From: a virus
DNA length: 64,000 nt
Virus record (IMG/VR): IMGVR_UViG_3300038415_000014
Span: 119,534 to 183,533 of that record
Reading direction: 5' to 3' (one strand)
Part shown: positions 1 through 8,841 of the stretch, one piece after another
How positions within the stretch are numbered: the stretch's first letter is position 1
Layout: every line of letters starts with the position of its first letter
Position numbers and translations under genes: made by a program
Notes under the pieces: model-generated
The model's input: only the letters and a program-made list of their open reading frames with translations
The model's database searches: none
Told to the model about the DNA's origin: nothing

Positions 1-1012
1 GGTGACGAATAGACTCACCATTAACAACGGCCACCTCAATCGTAGAAGCCCCACCCCCAAAAAAACACTCAATTCTAGCTGGCAGGTCACATTGGATTGC
101 TAGAAGATGAAGCTGACAAATCAGGTCGTAAGAGGTCGTAGTACCAGCTACTGAACCACTTACCTGGAGACCGCCATCACCATTCAACCAAGCCCCTAGT
201 ATATTTCTGTGGGACTCCGCTGACCACTGCATAGCCTCTGAACTCAGATGCTTCCGATGACTATACTCACCACCATGCTTTTTGAACCAGGATACTAGAT
301 TCTTCCCAGTGACATGAACAACACAGGTACATCGATCAACTCTGTCCTGAACCCATGGGATACAGCCAGGGAAAGATTCTTTGAGTAGCTGAACTGTCTC
401 TTCAACTAGGGTCAACCTCTCAGTCAGGGAGAAGTTGAACTGAACCTCTACAGGATTACCTCTCTTCTTTAGAAAAGAACCCTCAGCCAAAAAGTACCCG
501 AGAAGTCTCGCCCGAGCTACCCCAGGGTCCCCAACCACCTCTGTAGAGAGCTTTGGGAATACAACGTAATCCCCAACCTGGAGTTCATCTGATCTAAGCT
601 TTTCAATCTTTAGCGAGGATATCTCTTCAAGCTGACGTTTTCGATCCCTGGCCTCTTCAATAGAGTAGCTACCGTTAGGATTCAGGACACGAAGCTGATG
701 CCCAACCCTAAACCTCTTAGTCATTCTACGAACTGGGTCACGGTCACTCACTTCCAAAGTCTGACCACAACCACAAGCACAAGTCCTAGATGGACGTACT
801 ACGTAGAACGGGTGGTTATCTGTAGTGGGTATTGCATCTGGTATCCCAACTACTTTGATACGACGCATCCCCCACTTACCGATGTGTATCTGCTGATTCA
901 GGACTTCACGGGATCTACCCTTGTGAGTCAGAACCATCTCCCCAGGCATAACATCTTTGATTGAAACCCGCCGACCATCTGCCAAAGTAACGGGGGCTTC
1001 TGGTAAGAAGCA
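1..1012 (-). mobile_element. Intein with LAGLIDADG homing endonuclease inserted at SMG|C of the protease (partial)
   Basis: Starts CFLPEAPVTLADG (block A, Cys codon at 1012-1010). Block B TTDNHPF; LAGLIDADG-like blocks ARLLGYFLAEGSF and ILGAWLNGDGG. The C-terminal splice junction lies outside the window. Confidence 0.9.
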
Positions 1013-1555
1013 ACCCATACTCAAAGTACTGAGCTGGCCACTCGTGATAGCTTCAATGAGAGACTTGTGCTTGCGGTCGGTCGCAATGAGAATGTCAACG
1101 TAGACGGACTCCCCGATGTCCCGAGCGGCGGCGTCAATGATCTTGCCCTTGGACAGCTCTGGGATCTGGATGTGCTCGACGTAGTTCTCACCACCTATGA
1201 AGGTACGGAAGGACGCGAGTAGTAGCTTGCGCTCCCAACAGTCCTGGTTGTTGTTAACATACTTGGCTGTACCCGTAGTTACATAGAAATCCGGGAACTG
1301 CCTATTAATCTGAAGTCCATCAAACATCTGGTTACCAGTAGGCAACCCAGGCTTCTCGGTATCCACCGAGGCAATGATGGTACAATGACTTAGGAGGTAC
1401 TGGGCAGGGTCATACTGTTGAAGTATGATCTGAGACGCTCTCCGTACCTCGAAGGTAGGGGCAGGGGCGAAAGCCTTCGAACGAACATCGTCCCACCCAG
1501 CTTGAGTGATAACTGGGTTCGTAAATGTAGCTTTGGCGTACTTGGAGAAACCCAT
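1..1555 (-). CDS. Prohead (capsid maturation) protease containing an intein; 3'-partial, runs off the window edge
   Basis: Missing from the ORF track because it has no stop in the window. Manual translation from ATG at 1555 (MGFSKYAKATF...) stays open to position 2. It has NYVEH and LSMG-C motifs typical of phage maturation proteases and lies near the portal. Confidence 0.8.
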   Translation of the reverse strand, partial: MGFSKYAKATFTNPVITQAGWDDVRSKAFAPAPTFEVRRASQIILQQYDPAQYLLSHCTIIASVDTEKPGLPTGNQMFDGLQINRQFPDFYVTTGTAKYVNNNQDCWERKLLLASFRTFIGGENYVEHIQIPELSKGKIIDAAARDIGESVYVDILIATDRKHKSLIEAITSGQLSTLSMGCFLPEAPVTLADGRRVSIKDVMPGEMVLTHKGRSREVLNQQIHIGKWGMRRIKVVGIPDAIPTTDNHPFYVVRPSRTCACGCGQTLEVSDRDPVRRMTKRFRVGHQLRVLNPNGSYSIEEARDRKRQLEEISSLKIEKLRSDELQVGDYVVFPKLSTEVVGDPGVARARLLGYFLAEGSFLKKRGNPVEVQFNFSLTERLTLVEETVQLLKESFPGCIPWVQDRVDRCTCVVHVTGKNLVSWFKKHGGEYSHRKHLSSEAMQWSAESHRNILGAWLNGDGGLQVSGSVAGTTTSYDLICQLHLLAIQCDLPARIECFFGGGASTIEVAVVNGESIRH

Positions 1556-2304
1556 TAGGTGGCCCCTACTCCAAACCATTGATGAGGTTCACCACTGGGT
1601 CCCAGCACAGAGACAGGATCAATGATGTACAAGCATTTGGGACAAGCGAAGACCTTATGGCGAGCGCCCTCCTGCATTCTGTAGGTAGAACGTCTCATCC
1701 GGTTCGAGCACTTGGGACATGAGGGGCGACCCGCCTTGATGTCCTGAGTCGTAGCTCGATACTGCCTGTTCTGGGATATCCAGTAAGCGGCAGACTTCTG
1801 AAGGTGACCTTGGATTCGAAGCTCACCCGCATTATGTGCAAACGAATAGAACTTGGCTACCTCTGTTCGGAGGGCATCATCATCCACGTTGGGGTAAAGA
1901 GCGCGATAGAGGTTATCATATGCGATGACCTCGCTCGCGCCCTTATGCCAATGTTTGGCCAGATCTACATAGATCGAGGGCTGGAACTGCTTACTCCAGA
2001 GGGAATTTGAGGAAGCTTCCTTCCTAGCCCTCTCGATTTCTACAGTCATGTAGCTTTGATCAAACTGAGGAGGCAAGTACTTGATGAACTTAGGTGACAC
2101 CCTAACAATGTCATCCGGAAACACGCGCTCGTTACCGAATGGCCATTGGACATCGAGTACGCCAAGACCCTTGTGGACGGCGGTGACCGTACCAACATAG
2201 GGAGAGAGATCCCCATCGATGACGTCGATCTTTTGGACCACATCACCTTGGTTGAACTCTTTTGTTAGCTTCCAATAGTCGATCATTGAAACCCGTCCCG
2301 CCAC
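1555..2304 (-). CDS. Hypothetical protein with C-terminal Zn ribbon (CPKC...CPKC), head gene cluster
   Basis: 249-aa ORF whose stop overlaps the protease start; paired CxxC motifs. Confidence 0.6.
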   Translation of the reverse strand: MAGRVSMIDYWKLTKEFNQGDVVQKIDVIDGDLSPYVGTVTAVHKGLGVLDVQWPFGNERVFPDDIVRVSPKFIKYLPPQFDQSYMTVEIERARKEASSNSLWSKQFQPSIYVDLAKHWHKGASEVIAYDNLYRALYPNVDDDALRTEVAKFYSFAHNAGELRIQGHLQKSAAYWISQNRQYRATTQDIKAGRPSCPKCSNRMRRSTYRMQEGARHKVFACPKCLYIIDPVSVLGPSGEPHQWFGVGAT

Positions 2305-2762
2305 CTATTCAAGTAGGTGATAGCTGAGGTCAACAGCTCAACATCATCCTTGGCGTTACCAAGCACTCGATTACAACGGTTATGAATCAATCCTCTAACG
2401 CACTTCCCGCAAGACCCGTATCCAGGGCAACAGTTCTGATCATGGTCAATAGTGACGGACATCGGCTTCTGACCCCTTGGAAGCATTGGTTTTCCGCACA
2501 TAAGGCATAAACCACCTTGTTTCTCCCAAAGGGCATTGAAGTCGACATTGTAGTTAGTATTGCGCTTGATCCGTAGATACTTGGTAGGGTCTGCCGACTG
2601 CCAATTACAAACACGCTTGGACTCACACGATTTGCAGGCGGCTACTAAACCATCCTTGTTCCTGGAGTCCCTTGTGAAGTCATCCGGGACGACCTTATCC
2701 AAACCACAGACGGAACACGCCTTGGTTGGTTTCTGGTCTGCTCCAAGATGGGTATCCATCAC
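2283..2762 (-). CDS. Endonuclease VII-family (HNH-like) homing endonuclease
   Basis: N-terminal CSVC...CKSC; C-terminal QGGLCLMC...IDHDQNCC...VRGLIHNRCNRVLG endoVII signature. Confidence 0.85.
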   Translation of the reverse strand: MMDTHLGADQKPTKACSVCGLDKVVPDDFTRDSRNKDGLVAACKSCESKRVCNWQSADPTKYLRIKRNTNYNVDFNALWEKQGGLCLMCGKPMLPRGQKPMSVTIDHDQNCCPGYGSCGKCVRGLIHNRCNRVLGNAKDDVELLTSAITYLNRWRDGFQ

Positions 2763-2770
2763 TTAGGTCC

Positions 2771-3850
2771 TTACGGAGCGAGAGGGCGACCGGTGGTGGA
2801 CTTGCCAGTTTCTACCGCCTGGCTCTGATCATCCTTGAACAAGCTCATGTACTGGTTCTCGTCGGCATCCGTCTGGATGGGAGCCATCGGAGCATTGAAG
2901 GTATCCATGTAGCTCTCATCTGAGTCCTTCTGGAGAACCTTGGCTTGCTTGAGAACATGGACCTGGCGCTTGAACATACTTTCGGGTCCGTAAGCATGGA
3001 ACTCGACCTCGTCAGCAACCTTGTCGATCTCATTGACGACAGCTCGGGCCGCTTCAAAGTTCATCCCCCACTTTTCATGGTTATCCTGGATGACCTGAGC
3101 AATACGGTCTAGACGAGCAAGAACTTTGCTGGCTTCTTCCTGAGCAAACTTAGCAGTCATGTCATTTCCCTCTGGGGTTCTAGTTGAGGATTCGTGTACC
3201 GTTAGTAGGGGATTTGTTTGAGTTTCCCCCGCTAACTTAGCTAAAAGCATGTTGTATAGGTCTGCATTCACTACAGCGCTGTAACGACCGTCCCCTGCAG
3301 ATCGAATGGCTAGATCTAAGGCAGCTCGAAATCGAGCATCGGGGACCATTCCCTCAATCGCCTTTGATAGGACTGATTGCTTTAGCCACTCTCGCGCGGA
3401 GGCAAGAAGAAGATCATAGTCCTTTGCAGTCAAGTCCCGAACAGCACCTTGTTCCCACCCAACATAAGGTGCGAACCCTTCATGACCTGCGGGATATGGC
3501 TCAATACCGTGATACATTGAGGTCCTTTGGGGTTGTTGGTCAGAGTCGTTTATCAGCATGGATGCATCCACCTGTGCTTTGACCAAGGGATAAGAAGAAT
3601 AGGGGTTGGTTTCCTGAGCCCTGACGGCTTGCTGAACCAGCCTACGAAAGTTCTTCGCTGACCCACCAATTTCCCTTCGATTCTTTGATAGATCCTTGTC
3701 GCTCTTGCTCAAGTCTGGATCTCGTTCAGCATCCATCTGCTCTCGACGTCGGTCGTGACGAGGAGGCTTGTCCTTTGGCAAGGGATGGACGAGGCGTTCA
3801 ACCTCTTCATCCTCACGCTCGTGGAGCTCCTTGGTGCTTGTAACTTCCAT
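2771..3850 (-). CDS. Hypothetical head-morphogenesis or internal protein
   Basis: 359-aa charged ORF between the portal and protease genes. Confidence 0.55.
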   Translation of the reverse strand: MEVTSTKELHEREDEEVERLVHPLPKDKPPRHDRRREQMDAERDPDLSKSDKDLSKNRREIGGSAKNFRRLVQQAVRAQETNPYSSYPLVKAQVDASMLINDSDQQPQRTSMYHGIEPYPAGHEGFAPYVGWEQGAVRDLTAKDYDLLLASAREWLKQSVLSKAIEGMVPDARFRAALDLAIRSAGDGRYSAVVNADLYNMLLAKLAGETQTNPLLTVHESSTRTPEGNDMTAKFAQEEASKVLARLDRIAQVIQDNHEKWGMNFEAARAVVNEIDKVADEVEFHAYGPESMFKRQVHVLKQAKVLQKDSDESYMDTFNAPMAPIQTDADENQYMSLFKDDQSQAVETGKSTTGRPLAP

Positions 3851-3903
3851 AACCTGTTTTGGTCAGACCCTATCTAGTCCGAACCCAAAAGGACTATTGG
3901 AGG

Positions 3904-5709
3904 TTAGAACCTAGACTCAGGTTCCTGAGGTGCTTCAGTCTTCTTCAGGTGAAGGTAATCAGCAATCTTCTTTGATACGTCAGTTTCTTCTACCAGTTTA
4001 CGACCTACCTCACCGTAGATGCCTCTCATCACCTCATTGAACGTTGCATCGTTCACGGTGAACATGTCCCTCTCAAGCTTTTCCTTGGTATCCATTGGAT
4101 CAATATTGAAAAGCTCAAGGATCACATCAATACTGATGCTCCCCTTCTGATAGAGATTGAACAGAGCATCAAAGGTATCCTGCGAATCACGGAGAGCCAA
4201 TCGAGTGAAGCTGAGACGTGGGTATAAGACAACCTCGTTGCCCCATTCATCCTCTTCAACGAAACCCTTTCTACGGGCGACTGGTTTGAATAGGTACTTC
4301 TCAACATATTCCTGAATCATCTCTCTGAAGAGCAAGTACCTAGTGTTGAGAACTTCGAGTTTTACACGGTCACCAGAGAACGTTGACTCACCATTGAGTA
4401 GTGACTCTGTCACCCCAAGACCAGCAAACATTTGCTTGTCTGTGATCTCGTATTCGGTAGACAAGTCCAAAAGACGGTCACGCGCTCCGATATCCTCCCA
4501 GTGGACCTCGTAGTTCGTGATGATGCTGTAGTCAGGATCAACCAGAGACAAGTCAACTTGCTCACGTAGGTCCTCGACGTCCAACTCAGACAACCCCTCA
4601 CCCCAGATGAGGCGCTTGGGGGTCATTGCACGGGTAGCAATAAGAGTCTGGGCCTGACGGAGCTTCTCTCTATAGTAGAGGGTCCGGAGACACCTATCGA
4701 GGATGCTGGCGCCCAAGTCCTCCCCAGCACCCCTTCGAGCTGCTAGGTGGTAACAGAATGAACCCTCATCAGGGTCAGTACCTAAGGGGATCAACTTGCC
4801 GGATTCGATGTATTCACGTACCTCGGCCGGTATCTCTTCGACCATCTCCTGGGCGCGCTCATCACCGGCCTTGGCCTGAGTGAATAGAACCTTGTCCCGG
4901 TCACTAGGGATCAACTCGATTCGAGTCTTGTCCGTGAACGAGAAAGTTGTAAGCTTTACCTGGTCAACGGGGAGGATGACCAGCTTGGACCACCCCTTGT
5001 AGTGCTTCTGGTAGTAAGCCAGGTCGCGCTCTTCATGGTCATCATAGGGCGAGACAACCTCTTCATCGGTTTCCGTACCTGAGCCGTCCTCATTAAGGAC
5101 AGCCTTCGGGCGCCTCTCAACTCGGTTCCCGATATCGACCGGGATGTCAACGGATGAATCCTCAGCGAACAAGAACACGTTACCATCCAGCCAATAGTGG
5201 TGAACAGCCGTGATTAGTCGCTTGAAAAGATCAACCTTGTCACACATCCGCTCGAAGTAATCGAGGATGTATTTTCCGTAGTTGTCCGCGCTCTTGAAAC
5301 CCTGCGGACAAGTCCGAGGACGGGGGGTTGCCAACCTGACCTTTGATAGCGGCAACTCAGTGTGAATGTCGATAGCTTGACCAACAAGTGGATCTGAGTT
5401 GTAAAAGTGGCGGTAAATCTCCCTCTTCTCTCGGAGGGACTGGGGTAGCTCAAGAAAGTCAGTGGATAGCTGAGGAGAGAAGAACGAGCTTACTCCAGAG
5501 AGAGCAGTATTGGTTCCGGCGCCCGTGGGTACTGGGCCTCCATAGTTGCCCATCCCGCTCATATTCGAGGTACGAATACGCCGAGCTAGACGTTCCTTCT
5601 CGGTCAAGTTGGTGAACTTACCCTTTGCGGCGTAGGGGGCATACTGCCTACTGGTAGAGCTCCACGGAGGGGTGAACCCGCTCGGAGGAACATTGGTAAA
5701 TCTAGCCAT
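3904..5709 (-). CDS. Portal protein
   Basis: 601 aa; YRHFYNSDPLVGQAIDIHTELP, HYWLDGNVF, GASILDRC, GVTESLL pattern typical of large-phage portals; near terminase. Confidence 0.8.
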   Translation of the reverse strand: MARFTNVPPSGFTPPWSSTSRQYAPYAAKGKFTNLTEKERLARRIRTSNMSGMGNYGGPVPTGAGTNTALSGVSSFFSPQLSTDFLELPQSLREKREIYRHFYNSDPLVGQAIDIHTELPLSKVRLATPRPRTCPQGFKSADNYGKYILDYFERMCDKVDLFKRLITAVHHYWLDGNVFLFAEDSSVDIPVDIGNRVERRPKAVLNEDGSGTETDEEVVSPYDDHEERDLAYYQKHYKGWSKLVILPVDQVKLTTFSFTDKTRIELIPSDRDKVLFTQAKAGDERAQEMVEEIPAEVREYIESGKLIPLGTDPDEGSFCYHLAARRGAGEDLGASILDRCLRTLYYREKLRQAQTLIATRAMTPKRLIWGEGLSELDVEDLREQVDLSLVDPDYSIITNYEVHWEDIGARDRLLDLSTEYEITDKQMFAGLGVTESLLNGESTFSGDRVKLEVLNTRYLLFREMIQEYVEKYLFKPVARRKGFVEEDEWGNEVVLYPRLSFTRLALRDSQDTFDALFNLYQKGSISIDVILELFNIDPMDTKEKLERDMFTVNDATFNEVMRGIYGEVGRKLVEETDVSKKIADYLHLKKTEAPQEPESRF

Positions 5710-6203
5710 TAGGGTAACTCCTCGCCATACAAGTCATCAATATCCGAAGTCGTTGTCTCCACTAGGCCCTGACTCACTAGGTCAACTTCCTCACTAGACA
5801 TTGGTGGTATCCCATAAAGGGCTTCCAAAGGGTCTTTTCTGGCTTCGTGGGCTTTCTGCTTATCAGCCTCAACTCTAGCCAAACGTTGACTTTCTAACTG
5901 CCTTTGTCGGTTCCTATCCTCTGCATCACGAGAGACCACTGTCAGGATTCTATTTTCAACCCCAGCAGTTCGACGAGCAGCCTGGAATACCATCCCGGAG
6001 AAGCGCTTTCCTGAGTTGGCAATCGAGATGTACGAATAAGACGACTCATCCGCCATCCGCCTAGCCTTAGCGTAAAGGGTGGCATAGACCTCATTCAACT
6101 GTGCAGAATGATCCACCATCAGGTCACGAATACTGACAGCCTCTTCGCAAAGCTCTTCGATGCTCATCTGAGCTGCTGGTTTTGAGGGCTGGTTAGAGGG
6201 CAT
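5709..6203 (-). CDS. Hypothetical protein
   Basis: 164-aa ORF; its stop overlaps the portal start. Confidence 0.55.
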   Translation of the reverse strand: MPSNQPSKPAAQMSIEELCEEAVSIRDLMVDHSAQLNEVYATLYAKARRMADESSYSYISIANSGKRFSGMVFQAARRTAGVENRILTVVSRDAEDRNRQRQLESQRLARVEADKQKAHEARKDPLEALYGIPPMSSEEVDLVSQGLVETTTSDIDDLYGEELP

Positions 6204-6206
6204 GGT

Positions 6207-6725
6207 CTAGATTGACGTTTGAAGACCTAAGTAATAACTGTTCAATACCTTGGGGATCTGAGCTACAAAGCCAACGAAGAAACCTGGTGCTAAAGGGTCA
6301 TGAGTAATGGTCAATTCGTCTTCGTTAGTGAAGAAACCTCTCTTCGAGAAGTAAACAAGATCACCGCAGTGGTAAACTATAGGGACTAGAGGTCCTCCAC
6401 CAGTACGTGACGCATAAGTATATTGTTCATAGGTGCTAGTGGACATGAGAGCCCTACCGCTCATCATAACCCCGTACTTGTAAGTCGTAGGTTGGTTAGT
6501 CATGGAAGTATACTGATCTGCAGACTCATCACTCCCCCAAAGCATGAATCCGCCGTACAATCCAGTTGAGAACGTTACGACGTTGTACTGAAGCGATGAG
6601 GATACCCATTGAACCCCTTGTCCTCCAGGCCATCCCAGGTCCACCATAGCCTGGTCCACGATAACAGTCTGTCGATCCCCAGCTATGAAGATGACGACGT
6701 CACGATTCCTAACGATCTCAGTCAT
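6207..6725 (-). CDS. Paralogue 1 of tandem triplet (possible virion or decoration protein)
   Basis: Shares GGQGVxW, GFMLWGSDES, YTYxSR...GPLVP and QTSI C-terminus with the next two ORFs. Confidence 0.6.
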   Translation of the reverse strand: MTEIVRNRDVVIFIAGDRQTVIVDQAMVDLGWPGGQGVQWVSSSLQYNVVTFSTGLYGGFMLWGSDESADQYTSMTNQPTTYKYGVMMSGRALMSTSTYEQYTYASRTGGGPLVPIVYHCGDLVYFSKRGFFTNEDELTITHDPLAPGFFVGFVAQIPKVLNSYYLGLQTSI

Positions 6726-6731
6726 AGGTGC

Positions 6732-7259
6732 TCAGATTGAGGTTTGGAGGACTATGTAGTTGTTATTCTCAGAAGAGGGGGTCTGAACAATATTCCCAAT
6801 ATAATAAGTGTTCGGAGCCCTTGGGTCCCCAGAAGGAGTCCATTCATCTTCTGTAGTAAAAAGACCTCTAAGGGAAAAGAGAACCCTAGCCCCTACTGGA
6901 TAGACCAAGGGTACCAATGGCCCTACTTGGCGTGATTCCCAAGTGTATACCTCGAAGGTCCTTGTGGCGATCAACCAACTACCTCCGCAAAATACTGCAT
7001 TCCCATAGGCCTGTTGATTGCCAGTTATTGCAGTGAATTGGTCAGAAGACTCATTACTCCCCCAAAGGAGAAAACCACCGTAGGTACCATCTGAATAGTC
7101 AACAAGAAACTCATCAATATCCGAATCTATCCAGCGTACGCCTTGCCCGCCTTGCCAACCCTTATTGATCATGTTCTGAGAGATCGAAGTTGGATAGGCA
7201 TCTCCCTTCTCTAAGACATAGACGTCTCTATCACGTGGGAATTCAAGGGTAAATGTCAT
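6732..7259 (-). CDS. Paralogue 2 of tandem triplet
   Basis: GGQGVRW, GGFLLWGSNESSDQF, GPLVPLVY, QTSI. Confidence 0.6.
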   Translation of the reverse strand: MTFTLEFPRDRDVYVLEKGDAYPTSISQNMINKGWQGGQGVRWIDSDIDEFLVDYSDGTYGGFLLWGSNESSDQFTAITGNQQAYGNAVFCGGSWLIATRTFEVYTWESRQVGPLVPLVYPVGARVLFSLRGLFTTEDEWTPSGDPRAPNTYYIGNIVQTPSSENNNYIVLQTSI

Positions 7260-7792
7260 ATACTCACCTGGATCCCCATGTAATACTCAGTAGTTGCAGT
7301 TGGAACCTGAGATACATACCCAAGGTAGTATGTGTTCAACCCTCTGGCAATGAGCGCTGGATCTCCAGAGTCAACCCACTCGGTAATCTCTTTGGTCCAG
7401 TAACCCCTGGTTGAGAACACTAATCTGTCACTCGCGTTGTAGACAAGAGGTACGAGTGGCCCTCCAGACTTCCTAGAGAGGTAGGTGTATTGCTCGTAGG
7501 TCCTAGTCAGGATCATCCACCCACCACAACCAACCGTAGCGAACTTGTAGTAGGGCTGGTTCTCAGTCATCGCAGTGAATTGGTCTGCTGACTCATTACT
7601 CCCCCACAACATGAATCCAGCATAGTAACCGTCTGATGTAGTTACCAGGAACTCATCCGTAGTAGAGGGTGTCCACATAACCCCCTGACCCCCAACCCAT
7701 CCGGTAAGAACCAAGGACTCAGAAACTGTAACTGGAAACGCTGAACCCTTCTTCTGGATGATACAGTCTCGGTCATAGAGCACTTGGGTCAT
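7256..7792 (-). CDS. Paralogue 3 of tandem triplet
   Basis: GGQGVMW, GFMLWGSNESADQF, GPLVPLVY, QVSI. Confidence 0.6.
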   Translation of the reverse strand: MTQVLYDRDCIIQKKGSAFPVTVSESLVLTGWVGGQGVMWTPSTTDEFLVTTSDGYYAGFMLWGSNESADQFTAMTENQPYYKFATVGCGGWMILTRTYEQYTYLSRKSGGPLVPLVYNASDRLVFSTRGYWTKEITEWVDSGDPALIARGLNTYYLGYVSQVPTATTEYYMGIQVSI

Positions 7793-8841
7793 TAGAGGGT
7801 CTCCTGCTTCTTCTTACGCCCAGGTAGCTGAGCCCAAGCAGAGACGATGTCCTCAAGCAGCTGGTTCTGTTTGATGTCACCGTTCATAAATCCCTCCCAA
7901 GAACCACCCTTTTGCCTAAACACCAAACGGATTGACTCGAAGTCTAGGTCCTCTGTAACGAAATCCTCACCTAACAAGTGGTCCACTAACTGTCGGATGA
8001 TTCGATGAGAGAAAATCAGAGGTGGATTTACCTCAGGGTCTAACCCAGCCGCCTTCTCATTGAACTTCTCGATTACAGTACCATCCTTCAAGTAGGCATC
8101 CTCAAGAGCTGGAACCAAGTATTGGCTCCTCAGCGTGGAAGCTTCGTGGCCCACAGCTTCAGCAGCTCCCTCAAGCGCCTTCTTGAACTCAGACTTCAGA
8201 ATCTTGTCTTTCCCAGATCTGTCGCTAGGAAGCTTGGGACCCTTGGATCTGATAGCCCGAAGCCTCTCTTGCATCTCCCGATTAGCGTGTAGCCCTCGAA
8301 GGTCCTTCGCTGTAATATTGAATGAGCTCAAGTACTCATTGACTTCCTTTGAGCCAACGCCTTCGAAGAGCCCTCCAGTATCCTTCTCGACAGAGTCATA
8401 GGCAGCTTTGAGGGCGGGTAGGATCTTGGCATCGTCAACTACCTTCTCATGCTTGACACCGGACTTGCCCGTGTACTTGATGGTAGCCCTTCCCTTACCC
8501 AGCGACACATGCTGCTTCTGCCAACCTGTGACCCCGAAGTGTCCACGTTCTTCGGCTGAGTCGTCGTTGCCAACCCTCTCGTAAGTGTGATCAATCAAGG
8601 CTACCACAAGAGCGGTCAACTTGGTCTTAGTGTCCTTGGACTTAAGATCCTTCTCGACTTTACTGCGCAGTTTCCCAAGAGAGGTCCTGAACTTCTCGAT
8701 TCGATCCGCCTTTTCGTTGTTGCGACGAGCCACCTGACGAGGACTATAGACATATACCGTGTTCCCGCTCTCCAACTTCTTCTTTTCCTGGTATCTAGCG
8801 GCGATACGAAGTGACATCTCATCGAGGATCGCGTGTTTCAA
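7792..8841 (-). CDS. DNA topoisomerase IB
   Basis: Catalytic residues in order: ERVG, GKSG, AKDLR, GHE, LRSQY. Confidence 0.9.
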   Translation of the reverse strand: MKHAILDEMSLRIAARYQEKKKLESGNTVYVYSPRQVARRNNEKADRIEKFRTSLGKLRSKVEKDLKSKDTKTKLTALVVALIDHTYERVGNDDSAEERGHFGVTGWQKQHVSLGKGRATIKYTGKSGVKHEKVVDDAKILPALKAAYDSVEKDTGGLFEGVGSKEVNEYLSSFNITAKDLRGLHANREMQERLRAIRSKGPKLPSDRSGKDKILKSEFKKALEGAAEAVGHEASTLRSQYLVPALEDAYLKDGTVIEKFNEKAAGLDPEVNPPLIFSHRIIRQLVDHLLGEDFVTEDLDFESIRLVFRQKGGSWEGFMNGDIKQNQLLEDIVSAWAQLPGRKKKQETL

